Of a DNA stretch of 50,183 nucleotides, positions 1 to 8,293 are shown one piece after another (position 1 is the first letter of the stretch; every line of letters begins with the position of its first letter). The position numbers were made by a program, and so were the translations under genes. The notes beneath the pieces are model-generated. The model saw only the letters and a program-made list of their open reading frames with translations, searched no databases and was not told where the DNA came from. The stretch is from a virus (Duplodnaviria; Caudoviricetes): the IMG/VR virus record IMGVR_UViG_3300030118_003880, positions 1 through 50,183 of that record; one strand, written 5' to 3'.

Positions 1-77
1 CCGGTAGATCCGGTATTTCCCGTTGGACCCGTTGGTCCTGTATTACCGGTATTACCCGTTTGTCCTTTTTGACCTTT
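1..77. repeat. 77-bp direct terminal repeat (copy 1); circular-assembly overlap
   Basis: 1-77 is identical to 50107-50183; the reading frame continues through the join. Confidence 0.95.
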
Positions 78-1388
78 TGCACCAACGGCACCCGTGTCAC
101 CGGTAGTACCTTTTTGCCCTTTATCCCCTTGTGCGCCGGTGGTACCTATTTCACCTTTTTGTCCTTTGTCACCGGTGCTTCCCGTAGTTCCTTTTTGTCC
201 CTTATCACCTTGAACACCTTGCGAACCAACTTCGCCTTTTTGTCCCTTGTCACCTTGAATACCTTGACTTCCGGTTGTGCCTTTTTGTCCTTTATCACCG
301 ACTTCACCTTTTTGCCCCTTGTCGCCGGTAGCACCGGTATTACCTGTGATTCCTTGAATACCTTGTATTCCTTGTTCGCCCTTTTGACCCTTATCGCCAA
401 TTTCGCCCTTTTGTCCTTTGCTTCCTTGTATTCCTTGATCGCCTTGTTGTCCCTTTTGACCTTTGTCACCCGTAGTACCTATTTCGCCTTTCTGACCCTT
501 TTCACCGGCTTCGCCTTTTTGACCTTTAGATCCGGTAGGACCGGTCACCCCGATCTCACCTTTTTGTCCTTTTAGACCCGCACTAGGACCTTGCCAAACA
601 CCGCTACTATCTACGATCTTTGTATTGCCTATATAAAATTCCGTTGCTTGTAATGGATTGTCGGCGGTCCATCTATCGTTTGTTTCATTCCATACAAATT
701 CAACGTTAGAAACCGAACCCCTTTCAACTTCTATACCGGCATTTTCCGAAGGTGAATCACCGGTATAATCACTATTTAAAGTAATCTTGTTATCGGCTAC
801 GGATAGGGTTGCGGTGTTGACTACCGTTTGGGTACCCGAAACGGTGAGGTTTCCCGATACGACAACATTGTTAAATGTGACGTTATCACTTGTGCCTACC
901 GCTTGACCGATTGATAAAGTAATATCATTACCGGAAGCGGCGGAACTAACACCCGTGCCACCTTTAATACTTAATGTTTCGGAAGCTAAAGTTATTGATA
1001 TATTTGAAGATCCATCGGATACCGCCAAACTACCGGAAGCCGATACTTGTGAATCTACATATGCTTTTATAGATTGTTGGGTAGCAAGTGCCGTAGCACT
1101 ATTTGAACCCATATTATCTTCATCAAGAATAGTAGAAACGGTAGCACCGCCAACGTTAAAGGTAAGTTCACGGACCTTCGTTGTGGGGGATCCATTTTGT
1201 GTAGATACGGTCCAAAATCCATTACCCGAATCGTAGATTAAAGCACCACCGTTATCGCTTGAAGCAAGTGTTATATTATTTACACTTTTACTTAGAATTT
1301 GGTTAGGACCACTTGGTCCTTGTGTTGCAACCGTAATTACATCAATATTTGAATTGTCAACAATTGTAATGCTATCAATTATGCTCAT
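1..1388 (-). CDS. 5' part of the giant collagen-like fibre protein (continues across the join into 50106..45828; ~1888 aa in total)
   Basis: Manual translation: ATG at 1388 overlaps the upstream TGA (ATGA). MSIIDSITIV... gives ~270 aa of fibre-like non-collagen sequence, then Gly-X-Y repeats (GQK, GDK, GIQ) running to base 1. Confidence 0.9.
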   Translation of the reverse strand, partial: MSIIDSITIVDNSNIDVITVATQGPSGPNQILSKSVNNITLASSDNGGALIYDSGNGFWTVSTQNGSPTTKVRELTFNVGGATVSTILDEDNMGSNSATALATQQSIKAYVDSQVSASGSLAVSDGSSNISITLASETLSIKGGTGVSSAASGNDITLSIGQAVGTSDNVTFNNVVVSGNLTVSGTQTVVNTATLSVADNKITLNSDYTGDSPSENAGIEVERGSVSNVEFVWNETNDRWTADNPLQATEFYIGNTKIVDSSGVWQGPSAGLKGQKGEIGVTGPTGSKGQKGEAGEKGQKGEIGTTGDKGQKGQQGDQGIQGSKGQKGEIGDKGQKGEQGIQGIQGITGNTGATGDKGQKGEVGDKGQKGTTGSQGIQGDKGQKGEVGSQGVQGDKGQKGTTGSTGDKGQKGEIGTTGAQGDKGQKGTTGDTGAVGAKGQKGQTGNTGNTGPTGPTGNTGST

Positions 1389-1738
1389 CGGCTTACATTA
1401 CCCCTTATTGAATATGTACCTTCCATAATTCTTAGAACTTTATTTTCGCTATCTACAAGTTCTAAATCATATACGCCATCGCCTACGGTTAAAGCCGACG
1501 TATCGGTATTTGATATTTCTAGTGTTATTGTTCCCGCCGATCCGCCTAAAGTGATTCTTCCATTTGCGGTTGTTAAAGTTAAAACTTCACTTGAATCGTC
1601 TTGATTTCTTCTTAGATCCATTTCGGCGGAAGGATAGCCGGTAAGATTTATGACCGTGCCGCTTGAATCTTTGAGCGTGAGGGTGTGACTAAATGTAGCC
1701 CCTTGTTCTATTATAAAATGATGATAACCCGCCGCCAT
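1385..1738 (-). CDS. Virion Ig-like fibre adaptor protein (BppU-N/LtfC-like)
   Basis: QGATF..TLTLKD..G..INLTG and GVYDLEL pattern; translationally coupled to the fibre gene. Confidence 0.55.
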   Translation of the reverse strand: MAAGYHHFIIEQGATFSHTLTLKDSSGTVINLTGYPSAEMDLRRNQDDSSEVLTLTTANGRITLGGSAGTITLEISNTDTSALTVGDGVYDLELVDSENKVLRIMEGTYSIRGNVSR

Positions 1739-1822
1739 AAAAAAATCCTATAAAACTTATGGACGCTTCCATAATTAAGCGGCGTTTGCCTTTAATATAA
1801 TCATACCAAAGAAAAAGCGATC

Positions 1823-2179
1823 TTACTTCTTCTTGGTAGATTTCTTTTTAGTAGATTTTTTAGCGACTTTCTTTTTAGGTGCTTCACCGCCTTCCCATGC
1901 TTCATTGACATCGGGTGTATCCGGATCGTCACCAACTAATTGACCTTTTTCGTTTCTAGCTCTTTTTGGTTCTACTTCGGCTTCTACGTCAACGGTTTCT
2001 TCAACACTATCAACTTTCACTTCCATAGCCCAACCATTAGCAACGAATCCGTCCATTATGGAATCTTGCCAATCGCCTTTTGATTCTACTATTTCGTCGG
2101 CTTTGAAAAGACGGACATTCATTCCGTTTTCATCATCAGCCGCCGGTTTTGGAACTACAATTTTATATTTCTTTGCCAT
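1823..2179 (-). CDS. Hypothetical head-region protein with basic C-terminus
   Basis: 118-aa ORF with AGGA RBS, colinear with head genes. Confidence 0.7.
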   Translation of the reverse strand: MAKKYKIVVPKPAADDENGMNVRLFKADEIVESKGDWQDSIMDGFVANGWAMEVKVDSVEETVDVEAEVEPKRARNEKGQLVGDDPDTPDVNEAWEGGEAPKKKVAKKSTKKKSTKKK

Positions 2180-2196
2180 TTCTTTTTCCTATAAGT

Positions 2197-2216
2197 GAGG
2201 GGCGTTGCCGCCCCTC
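2197..2216 (-). terminator. 8-bp GC hairpin with GCAA loop after the capsid genes (stabiliser or weak terminator)
   Basis: GAGGGGCG-4 nt-CGCCCCTC perfect inverted repeat; no strong U-tract. Confidence 0.45.
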
Positions 2217-2229
2217 TAATCATTTACCC

Positions 2230-2655
2230 CTAACTAGCAGGTGCGTGTCTTGGCTTACCAAGAATCACAAACGCGCTAATCGGTGTAGCTGTGCCGTGTG
2301 TTCCGCTAAAATTAGCTACAACTCTCACATATCTTTTTGTACCAAGATATTCAATCTCGGAAATTTGTGGAGTTTCACCATTAGCGTCTAGCGTTAAGAA
2401 AAGACCACCCGAACCGAGTGTTCCGTTCACATCGCTAGAAGCGGCATCAACATAAGTAGAATTATCGTCGGAATGTTCCAATTCAAATTCTATTTTGTTA
2501 GTACCACTTAACGTTATACCTTCAACACCGCTATCTACCACAATGGCTACATTTTCAAAACCTTGTGTATCAACACCGGTGCCGTTGACGTCCGCATCAG
2601 CCGCAACGGGGGCGATTGATTGCATAAGTTTAATGTTATTACTTAAATCTTGCAT
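2230..2655 (-). CDS. Putative head decoration / minor capsid protein
   Basis: 141-aa beta-rich ORF directly after the MCP; function inferred from position. Confidence 0.55.
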   Translation of the reverse strand: MQDLSNNIKLMQSIAPVAADADVNGTGVDTQGFENVAIVVDSGVEGITLSGTNKIEFELEHSDDNSTYVDAASSDVNGTLGSGGLFLTLDANGETPQISEIEYLGTKRYVRVVANFSGTHGTATPISAFVILGKPRHAPAS

Positions 2656-2668
2656 AATTTACCCCTTA

Positions 2669-3886
2669 TTAAGATGCTGCTATTTTCAGCTTGTTTATGG
2701 CTTCCGCTTGTACCACTTGACCACCAACTCTTCTTCTAGCAACGTATCTAACATTGCCGGTAGTAGCTTGTGTAAATGGATCACGAAGAACCGCTAAATT
2801 TACTCTATCAAGGATCATATAAGCCCTTCTAAAGTCACCAAACGCAACCGGAAAAGCACCCGCCGCCACACTTGGCATATCGGTAGCTTCAACATATGGT
2901 TGACCCAAAATGGTATTCATAACGCCACCTTGTAGTGACATACCAGCTTGGAAAACATATTGTCCGGCTGTATCTTTTAGCTTTCTTATAGCCGCTAGTG
3001 TTGATCTATTAAATACAAAAACACCATTCTTGCCATAATCAGCTTTTATGTTGTGAACAAGTGAAATCAAAGAATCCGCAGTAATTAAATTAGCGTCGCC
3101 ACTAACAACTTCCGCAACATTTGAATTTGACATAAATCCTTCCGGCTTACCAATAGCATTTCCACTTACAAACGCCGCACCTTCCGCTTTTGCAAATTGC
3201 TCAGCAAATTCGGATTGCATTTCCGCTTCTAAATCAAATACGCTATCTTCAAGATCTTGTTCAGAAATATCAACTAAAGCGTAATGCTCGTGTGCTGGTA
3301 ATTCTTCAAGACCTACGGTGTAGCCTTCGGTTTCACTTCTAGTTCCGCTTTCAGCGACCCATTGTGCTGAAAAAGTAGCGGTCTTTTTAGGGATCTGAAT
3401 AGATCTTTGACCCGTACTTCTTACTCTTGCAATACTTCTAATTGGTGAAATTTCAGTAATTTCTTTTAGAAGTTCACGCACATATTCCGGTGGTGCTAAA
3501 TAGCCACCTGTGGAATCGTTGCTTACGGTCAACGCTTTCTTTTCATCAGGTGAAAGAGCATCAATACCCTTTCTACAATAATGATCAAAGGCGTTCATAT
3601 AATCGTCAACTTGCTTTGTATCAAAACCGGAATTTGGTCTTTTAATGACCGTTTCTAATTTTGAAACTTGCTCCTTGACTTCGGCTTGTGATTGCTCGGC
3701 AACAGTTAGCTTTTGATTGATTTCTTCCATTGAATCTAATTTAGCTTCAATTTTAGCCATCTTGCTATCTAAGTCCGCCGTGCTTTCACCTTTTTCTAGC
3801 TTTTCAAGTCTTTCGTCATTGACCTTTTTAAATTCTGCAAAGGTTGAACCCATTTCTTGAATCGCTGATTTTACATCTTCCGACAT
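2669..3886 (-). CDS. Major capsid protein, HK97 family
   Basis: N-terminal coiled-coil delta domain; GGYLAP, G.A.GKPEG, KLKD..GQY, FGDFRRAY, RRRVGG motifs; GGAGG RBS. Confidence 0.95.
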   Translation of the reverse strand: MSEDVKSAIQEMGSTFAEFKKVNDERLEKLEKGESTADLDSKMAKIEAKLDSMEEINQKLTVAEQSQAEVKEQVSKLETVIKRPNSGFDTKQVDDYMNAFDHYCRKGIDALSPDEKKALTVSNDSTGGYLAPPEYVRELLKEITEISPIRSIARVRSTGQRSIQIPKKTATFSAQWVAESGTRSETEGYTVGLEELPAHEHYALVDISEQDLEDSVFDLEAEMQSEFAEQFAKAEGAAFVSGNAIGKPEGFMSNSNVAEVVSGDANLITADSLISLVHNIKADYGKNGVFVFNRSTLAAIRKLKDTAGQYVFQAGMSLQGGVMNTILGQPYVEATDMPSVAAGAFPVAFGDFRRAYMILDRVNLAVLRDPFTQATTGNVRYVARRRVGGQVVQAEAINKLKIAAS

Positions 3887-3895
3887 AATATCCTC

Positions 3896-4816
3896 CTAAG
3901 ATTTTAAGGTTAAAGTTAAGTTTTTAATCGCATCTACGAGTTCCGTGTTTGCCGATTCAACTTCCCGTTGATTTTCGTCAAACGACTTAGTGATTGCACC
4001 TGCCGCCACTTTTGCTTCGGAACGAGATAGATTGAAAGCATCGCGCAGACCACTTTCCCATTCCCTAATAGAAATCTCACTAGCCTTCACCGATCTAACC
4101 GTAGCTTTCGGATTCATCGGAAAAGTGACTAAAGATATTTCCATTAAATCTACTTCTTTGATAATACGTTTTCTTGAACGCTTATCATAAGAAACCATAT
4201 CCGGATTGACTTTGAACCCAATGGATAATCCATCAAGCGCACCCATCTTCATAAGTTCATATGCTTCTTTTCCGGCTTGTGTTTGTAATGCCAACTTGCC
4301 TTTTACATAAAGACCATGACCATCTTCTTTTATTTCTTCAAATACACCGATAGGCATATCGGTTTTGTGTTGATATAAGAGTTTGACTTGATAAGGCTTT
4401 TTCTTTTTTAGTGATCGCATAAAAGCACCTTTTTCAATCACATCATTGCCTAAATCTTTATTTCCAAAGACGGATCCATAACCTTCAAAGCGACCATACC
4501 TTTCTTCATCTTCATCATCGTCGTTGTGGACCGCTTTTATTTCAGCTTGGAATATATCGCTTAGATCTTCGTGTTTTACGTCTTGACCGACGGCATCAAT
4601 ATATTCATCATGTGTTTTACATGGCATAAATATTTTGTTTCCATCTTCGTCGTGTGAGTGGGAACCTACACAACCTATTTCTTTTGCCCTTGCATTAGCT
4701 TCTTCTTCAGTCGTAAAGACGTCCCGCCTTATTTCTTCTTTAGTGTCCGATTCGTCTGAATCCAAAATTGCATCGTTGGCTTGGACAACTGATTTTGATT
4801 CTATATCATTCATCAT
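3896..4816 (-). CDS. Prohead protease (HK97 family) with N-terminal extension
   Basis: FEGYGSVF, LLYQH, GLSIGF, EISLVTFPMN motifs; GGGAG RBS favours the start at 4816. Confidence 0.92.
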   Translation of the reverse strand: MMNDIESKSVVQANDAILDSDESDTKEEIRRDVFTTEEEANARAKEIGCVGSHSHDEDGNKIFMPCKTHDEYIDAVGQDVKHEDLSDIFQAEIKAVHNDDDEDEERYGRFEGYGSVFGNKDLGNDVIEKGAFMRSLKKKKPYQVKLLYQHKTDMPIGVFEEIKEDGHGLYVKGKLALQTQAGKEAYELMKMGALDGLSIGFKVNPDMVSYDKRSRKRIIKEVDLMEISLVTFPMNPKATVRSVKASEISIREWESGLRDAFNLSRSEAKVAAGAITKSFDENQREVESANTELVDAIKNLTLTLKS

Positions 4817-4910
4817 TGTCACTCCCAAATATATGACATATTAATATCAACTCTTGGATATATAGTATATTAGGTTCAAGAATATCACAATATCTAGGCA
4901 TATTATAATT

Positions 4911-5330
4911 TTATTCCAATTCGTCTATTTTGCGTTTTCTAAGTTCCGTTGAACTAAATCTATGCAACCTAGAATTATGATAAATTGTAATAAATCTTTT
5001 TTTACAAATATCTTTTCCGGTGAAATTTTTATTTCTATATTCCGATCCAATGATTCTAATATCTAAAGGCAAAGTATTTAATATATCTTCTAGTTCGGAT
5101 TCGCGATTATAAACAATTATGTCGTCAACATATTTGATCGCCTTGACTTGAATTTGTCTTTCTACAATTGATTGAATTGGTTTATTTTTTTCCGGTCTAT
5201 CTAATGATGGATCTATTTGTATAGCAACGGTTAAATGATCACATACATTTTTTGCTTCTTCAAACATTGCAATATGACCGGCGTGTAAAAGATCAAAAGC
5301 ACCCGCCGTTATTCCTTTAATAAAAGTCAT
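4911..5330 (-). CDS. Cytidylyltransferase (TagD/glycerol-3-phosphate cytidylyltransferase-like)
   Basis: GAFDLLHAGH (HxGH) and SSTELR motifs; start is 5330 or 5345. Confidence 0.85.
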   Translation of the reverse strand: MTFIKGITAGAFDLLHAGHIAMFEEAKNVCDHLTVAIQIDPSLDRPEKNKPIQSIVERQIQVKAIKYVDDIIVYNRESELEDILNTLPLDIRIIGSEYRNKNFTGKDICKKRFITIYHNSRLHRFSSTELRKRKIDELE

Positions 5331-6186
5331 CTTCCTTATCGGCATATAATATTACACATCTACAATTTACAACTTCGGCGGCGCCACCGGCACTATCACC
5401 GGCATACATCATTAATTGTCCACCTACCCTAAATGGTTCATTCATATCCCTTTCTTGACCATCGGCTATTAAATGCGTTTCCCTAGTTCTTGCGTCCCTT
5501 GTTGAAGTCCACACTTTTTTCATGGTCAATCCATAGTAGCTTTCCGCATCTAAGAAATATGCGTTTGAAGCCGTTGATGCGGCGTTGTGTGTTTCGGTTC
5601 TTGCTATTAGTGCCGCCCGTGTTCTTGCAATTGGTAGGAAATCATCGCTTATCTTCTTTGCTATTTGTGCCATTGTAAGCCCTTCTAAGATGCTATCACG
5701 AATCACACGATCAATCCTATTGGCTAAACGTACACTTATTCCCCTCAAAACTAATTGCCTACCGTTAAAATAAGATTCTACTAATGCGTCAACTTCGGCG
5801 GTTCTACCAAATACAAAAGCCTCACTATCTTCGGTCACTTGTTGTTTTTTTGATAATTCATAAGTTTCTTCATGGACCGCAAACATAGTTCTAAATATTC
5901 TTCTATATTCGGAAAGCAAAATTGCATTTACGCCTTCACTTAAATTCAATGCACCTATTTCTTTTTCAAAGAATCCCGTTTGTTGGAATGTAAGTAATGT
6001 GGCACTAAGGAATCTTCTAAATTCTTTATTTAGTTGACCAAACATTCTTCTTTCTAAATTAGTGCGGATACGAAGTTGTTTGCGCCATTCCAAACGACGG
6101 TTGATCCGTCCTTGTCGGAAGCTAACGAATTGCTTTACCCTATTTGGACGAGAGGGGGTGACCTTTTGGGAATAAGTCTTGATCAT
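5317..6186 (-). CDS. Head morphogenesis protein (SPP1 gp7 / Mu F family)
   Basis: RAALIARTET, KVW...D.RTRETH, DGQ, NCRC motifs; follows the portal; start uncertain. Confidence 0.88.
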   Translation of the reverse strand: MIKTYSQKVTPSRPNRVKQFVSFRQGRINRRLEWRKQLRIRTNLERRMFGQLNKEFRRFLSATLLTFQQTGFFEKEIGALNLSEGVNAILLSEYRRIFRTMFAVHEETYELSKKQQVTEDSEAFVFGRTAEVDALVESYFNGRQLVLRGISVRLANRIDRVIRDSILEGLTMAQIAKKISDDFLPIARTRAALIARTETHNAASTASNAYFLDAESYYGLTMKKVWTSTRDARTRETHLIADGQERDMNEPFRVGGQLMMYAGDSAGGAAEVVNCRCVILYADKEDDFY

Positions 6187-8293
6187 GTTTACCACCTTGC
6201 CATCTACCGGTTCGCAAAGCAAAAAGGTAGCTGTTCACTCTGGCAAAAGCCCATTGCTCGGGTCCGGTCACTCGGGGACGTACCGAAGAAGGATTGTTTC
6301 TATACGCCCCCACTCCTCTGTTAAATACGGCGGTCAACGTTCTTAGGTTGGTCCGTCTATTAGGCTTGTCACCAACTTTATCGTTATGTTCTTTGACTTT
6401 ATTTTCTAATGTTTTCTTTACGGCACCGGAAACTTTTTCTTCATATTCTTTTCTATGACAATCTTCTTCATCAATATATAGTTGCCAATTTTCGTCAACA
6501 AATTTATCGTCCGGATCATCTTGTCGTCCTTCTAGCTTTTTAGTCAATTCAAGTATGACATCTTTCATACCTTGCATACCTAGATTTCCAACTACCCCCC
6601 ATTTCATCTGCGCTACCACTCCGGCTACATTTGAAAGATTAGGTGATACGGAACCGTCTTTGAATTTTTGTCCGTCCCTAAAATGTCGGGCGCCCCATGC
6701 TTCACGTTCTTTTATCCATTTCAAAACACCGTCGGTCTTTTCACCGGCTCTAGCCCTACCCCAAAGTGTAAATGCTTCATTGCCCCTTATGTTGCCACCG
6801 GCTTTCCATATTTGTTTACCTACACCAACTTCTTTTACGTTTTTTGCAAATTCATAATCAAATTGTTTGTGTTGACTATTTCTTAGTGATATAGCTTTGT
6901 CGTCGCCACGATTAGGAAAGTTTGTTTGTTTTTCTTCTAAGGAATGGTCGTGACCACAAGATTTACCGTACATCTTTTCATCATCATCTTCCATTTCCGC
7001 AATATCATCTTCGTTATCTTCCGGAACTTTTGGTTGCGGTACGGCTTCTTCACCCAACGGAAACAATGTTGCGGATATATATAAACCGTCGGCACCTTCT
7101 ACCGGATCTAGTCCTATTCTTTCCCGTGCTTCGTTTCTAGTCATAATTCCTTCACGAACCGCACTTGTCACATTTTCATATAACCTTCTTCTTCTTTCGG
7201 ATAGTGCCGGTATGGCGTCTATATCAAATTCTAGGGTTAGGTTGTCCCCAAACATAGGCACAAGCCATTCATTTAAATCGCTACTTATCTTCCTTAAATA
7301 AGGAATGATGGTTTCTTCATATAAAGCTAATCTTGCTTCGGCTACATTGGCGTATGTTTGTGCATCGGGTACACCGACTAATTGAGATGGGACGCCGAAA
7401 CACATAGCAATATCTGTAGCAGATAGATGTTTTAAATTGAGGAAATCCATGTCCTTCGGCGATAATCCCATTTCTTTCCAATCAAAATCACCTTCAAGTA
7501 GAAGGGGGCGACCGGCATTATTCGTTCCACTAAATCTATTATTTAGATCCGTAAGTAATTGTTGTCTTTGTGATTCGGTAAGATTTACGGGAAAACCTTG
7601 ATCGTCTTTTGGTTTAAATATTACGGCACCACTTGGTCTAGCACCATTACTTAAAAGATTAACATTGTGTTTGCTTGACATATTGTGTTGGTCAACTTCT
7701 ACCGCCGCCGCCGCTAAAGGTGAACAACCATAATAATCATCTAATGGATTCCATAGCTTTATATGCTTTAAATCACTATCACCGGTATCTTGATCCACTT
7801 GATATATTGCTTGTACTTTGCCACCAATCGTATATTCATATCGGTCCGGTATTGGGTTGCCGCCACCTTTTATTGTTAGACGATCCGGTCTTAATTGATG
7901 TAATTCATTAGGTGGTCCGTTGTCCGGTCCAACTTTTAATACATAAGAATTACCACTAAGCAAAAGATAACCATAAAGGCTATTAAAAAATTCACTATAT
8001 GATTGAAGGGGGTTGGGTCTATTTAATAGATCTATAAGTGGGTGTTGTTCTACAATATTGTCACCGAACTTTAGGATAAAAGGTACGGCACTTGCGCCTT
8101 TAGATATTTCATTTACGCAACGATATACCACCGCATTTTTTAAATATCCTTCGTTTGCTAGATCCGCATATTTATAAGATTTTCTTTCTTCGGATCCGAC
8201 ACCGAAATAGCCCATCATATTACCAACCATCTTTTTATCCGTTGGTAAGTTTCTTCCTAGTATCCTATCTAAAAAACTTCTATCTTTCGCCAT
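6140..8293 (-). CDS. Portal protein (HK97 family) with ~290-aa C-terminal extension
   Basis: VYRCV, RPNP, GN.Y, NGARPSG, IAMCFGVP..L.G, TRNEARER motifs; TAATG coupling to terL. Confidence 0.93.
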   Translation of the reverse strand: MAKDRSFLDRILGRNLPTDKKMVGNMMGYFGVGSEERKSYKYADLANEGYLKNAVVYRCVNEISKGASAVPFILKFGDNIVEQHPLIDLLNRPNPLQSYSEFFNSLYGYLLLSGNSYVLKVGPDNGPPNELHQLRPDRLTIKGGGNPIPDRYEYTIGGKVQAIYQVDQDTGDSDLKHIKLWNPLDDYYGCSPLAAAAVEVDQHNMSSKHNVNLLSNGARPSGAVIFKPKDDQGFPVNLTESQRQQLLTDLNNRFSGTNNAGRPLLLEGDFDWKEMGLSPKDMDFLNLKHLSATDIAMCFGVPSQLVGVPDAQTYANVAEARLALYEETIIPYLRKISSDLNEWLVPMFGDNLTLEFDIDAIPALSERRRRLYENVTSAVREGIMTRNEARERIGLDPVEGADGLYISATLFPLGEEAVPQPKVPEDNEDDIAEMEDDDEKMYGKSCGHDHSLEEKQTNFPNRGDDKAISLRNSQHKQFDYEFAKNVKEVGVGKQIWKAGGNIRGNEAFTLWGRARAGEKTDGVLKWIKEREAWGARHFRDGQKFKDGSVSPNLSNVAGVVAQMKWGVVGNLGMQGMKDVILELTKKLEGRQDDPDDKFVDENWQLYIDEEDCHRKEYEEKVSGAVKKTLENKVKEHNDKVGDKPNRRTNLRTLTAVFNRGVGAYRNNPSSVRPRVTGPEQWAFARVNSYLFALRTGRWQGGKHDQDLFPKGHPLSSK

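Noticed and set aside
4825-4842. ATATGACATATT upstream of the protease as another operator box
   Set aside because: Only one half-site matches; spacing to a CC half-site is wrong
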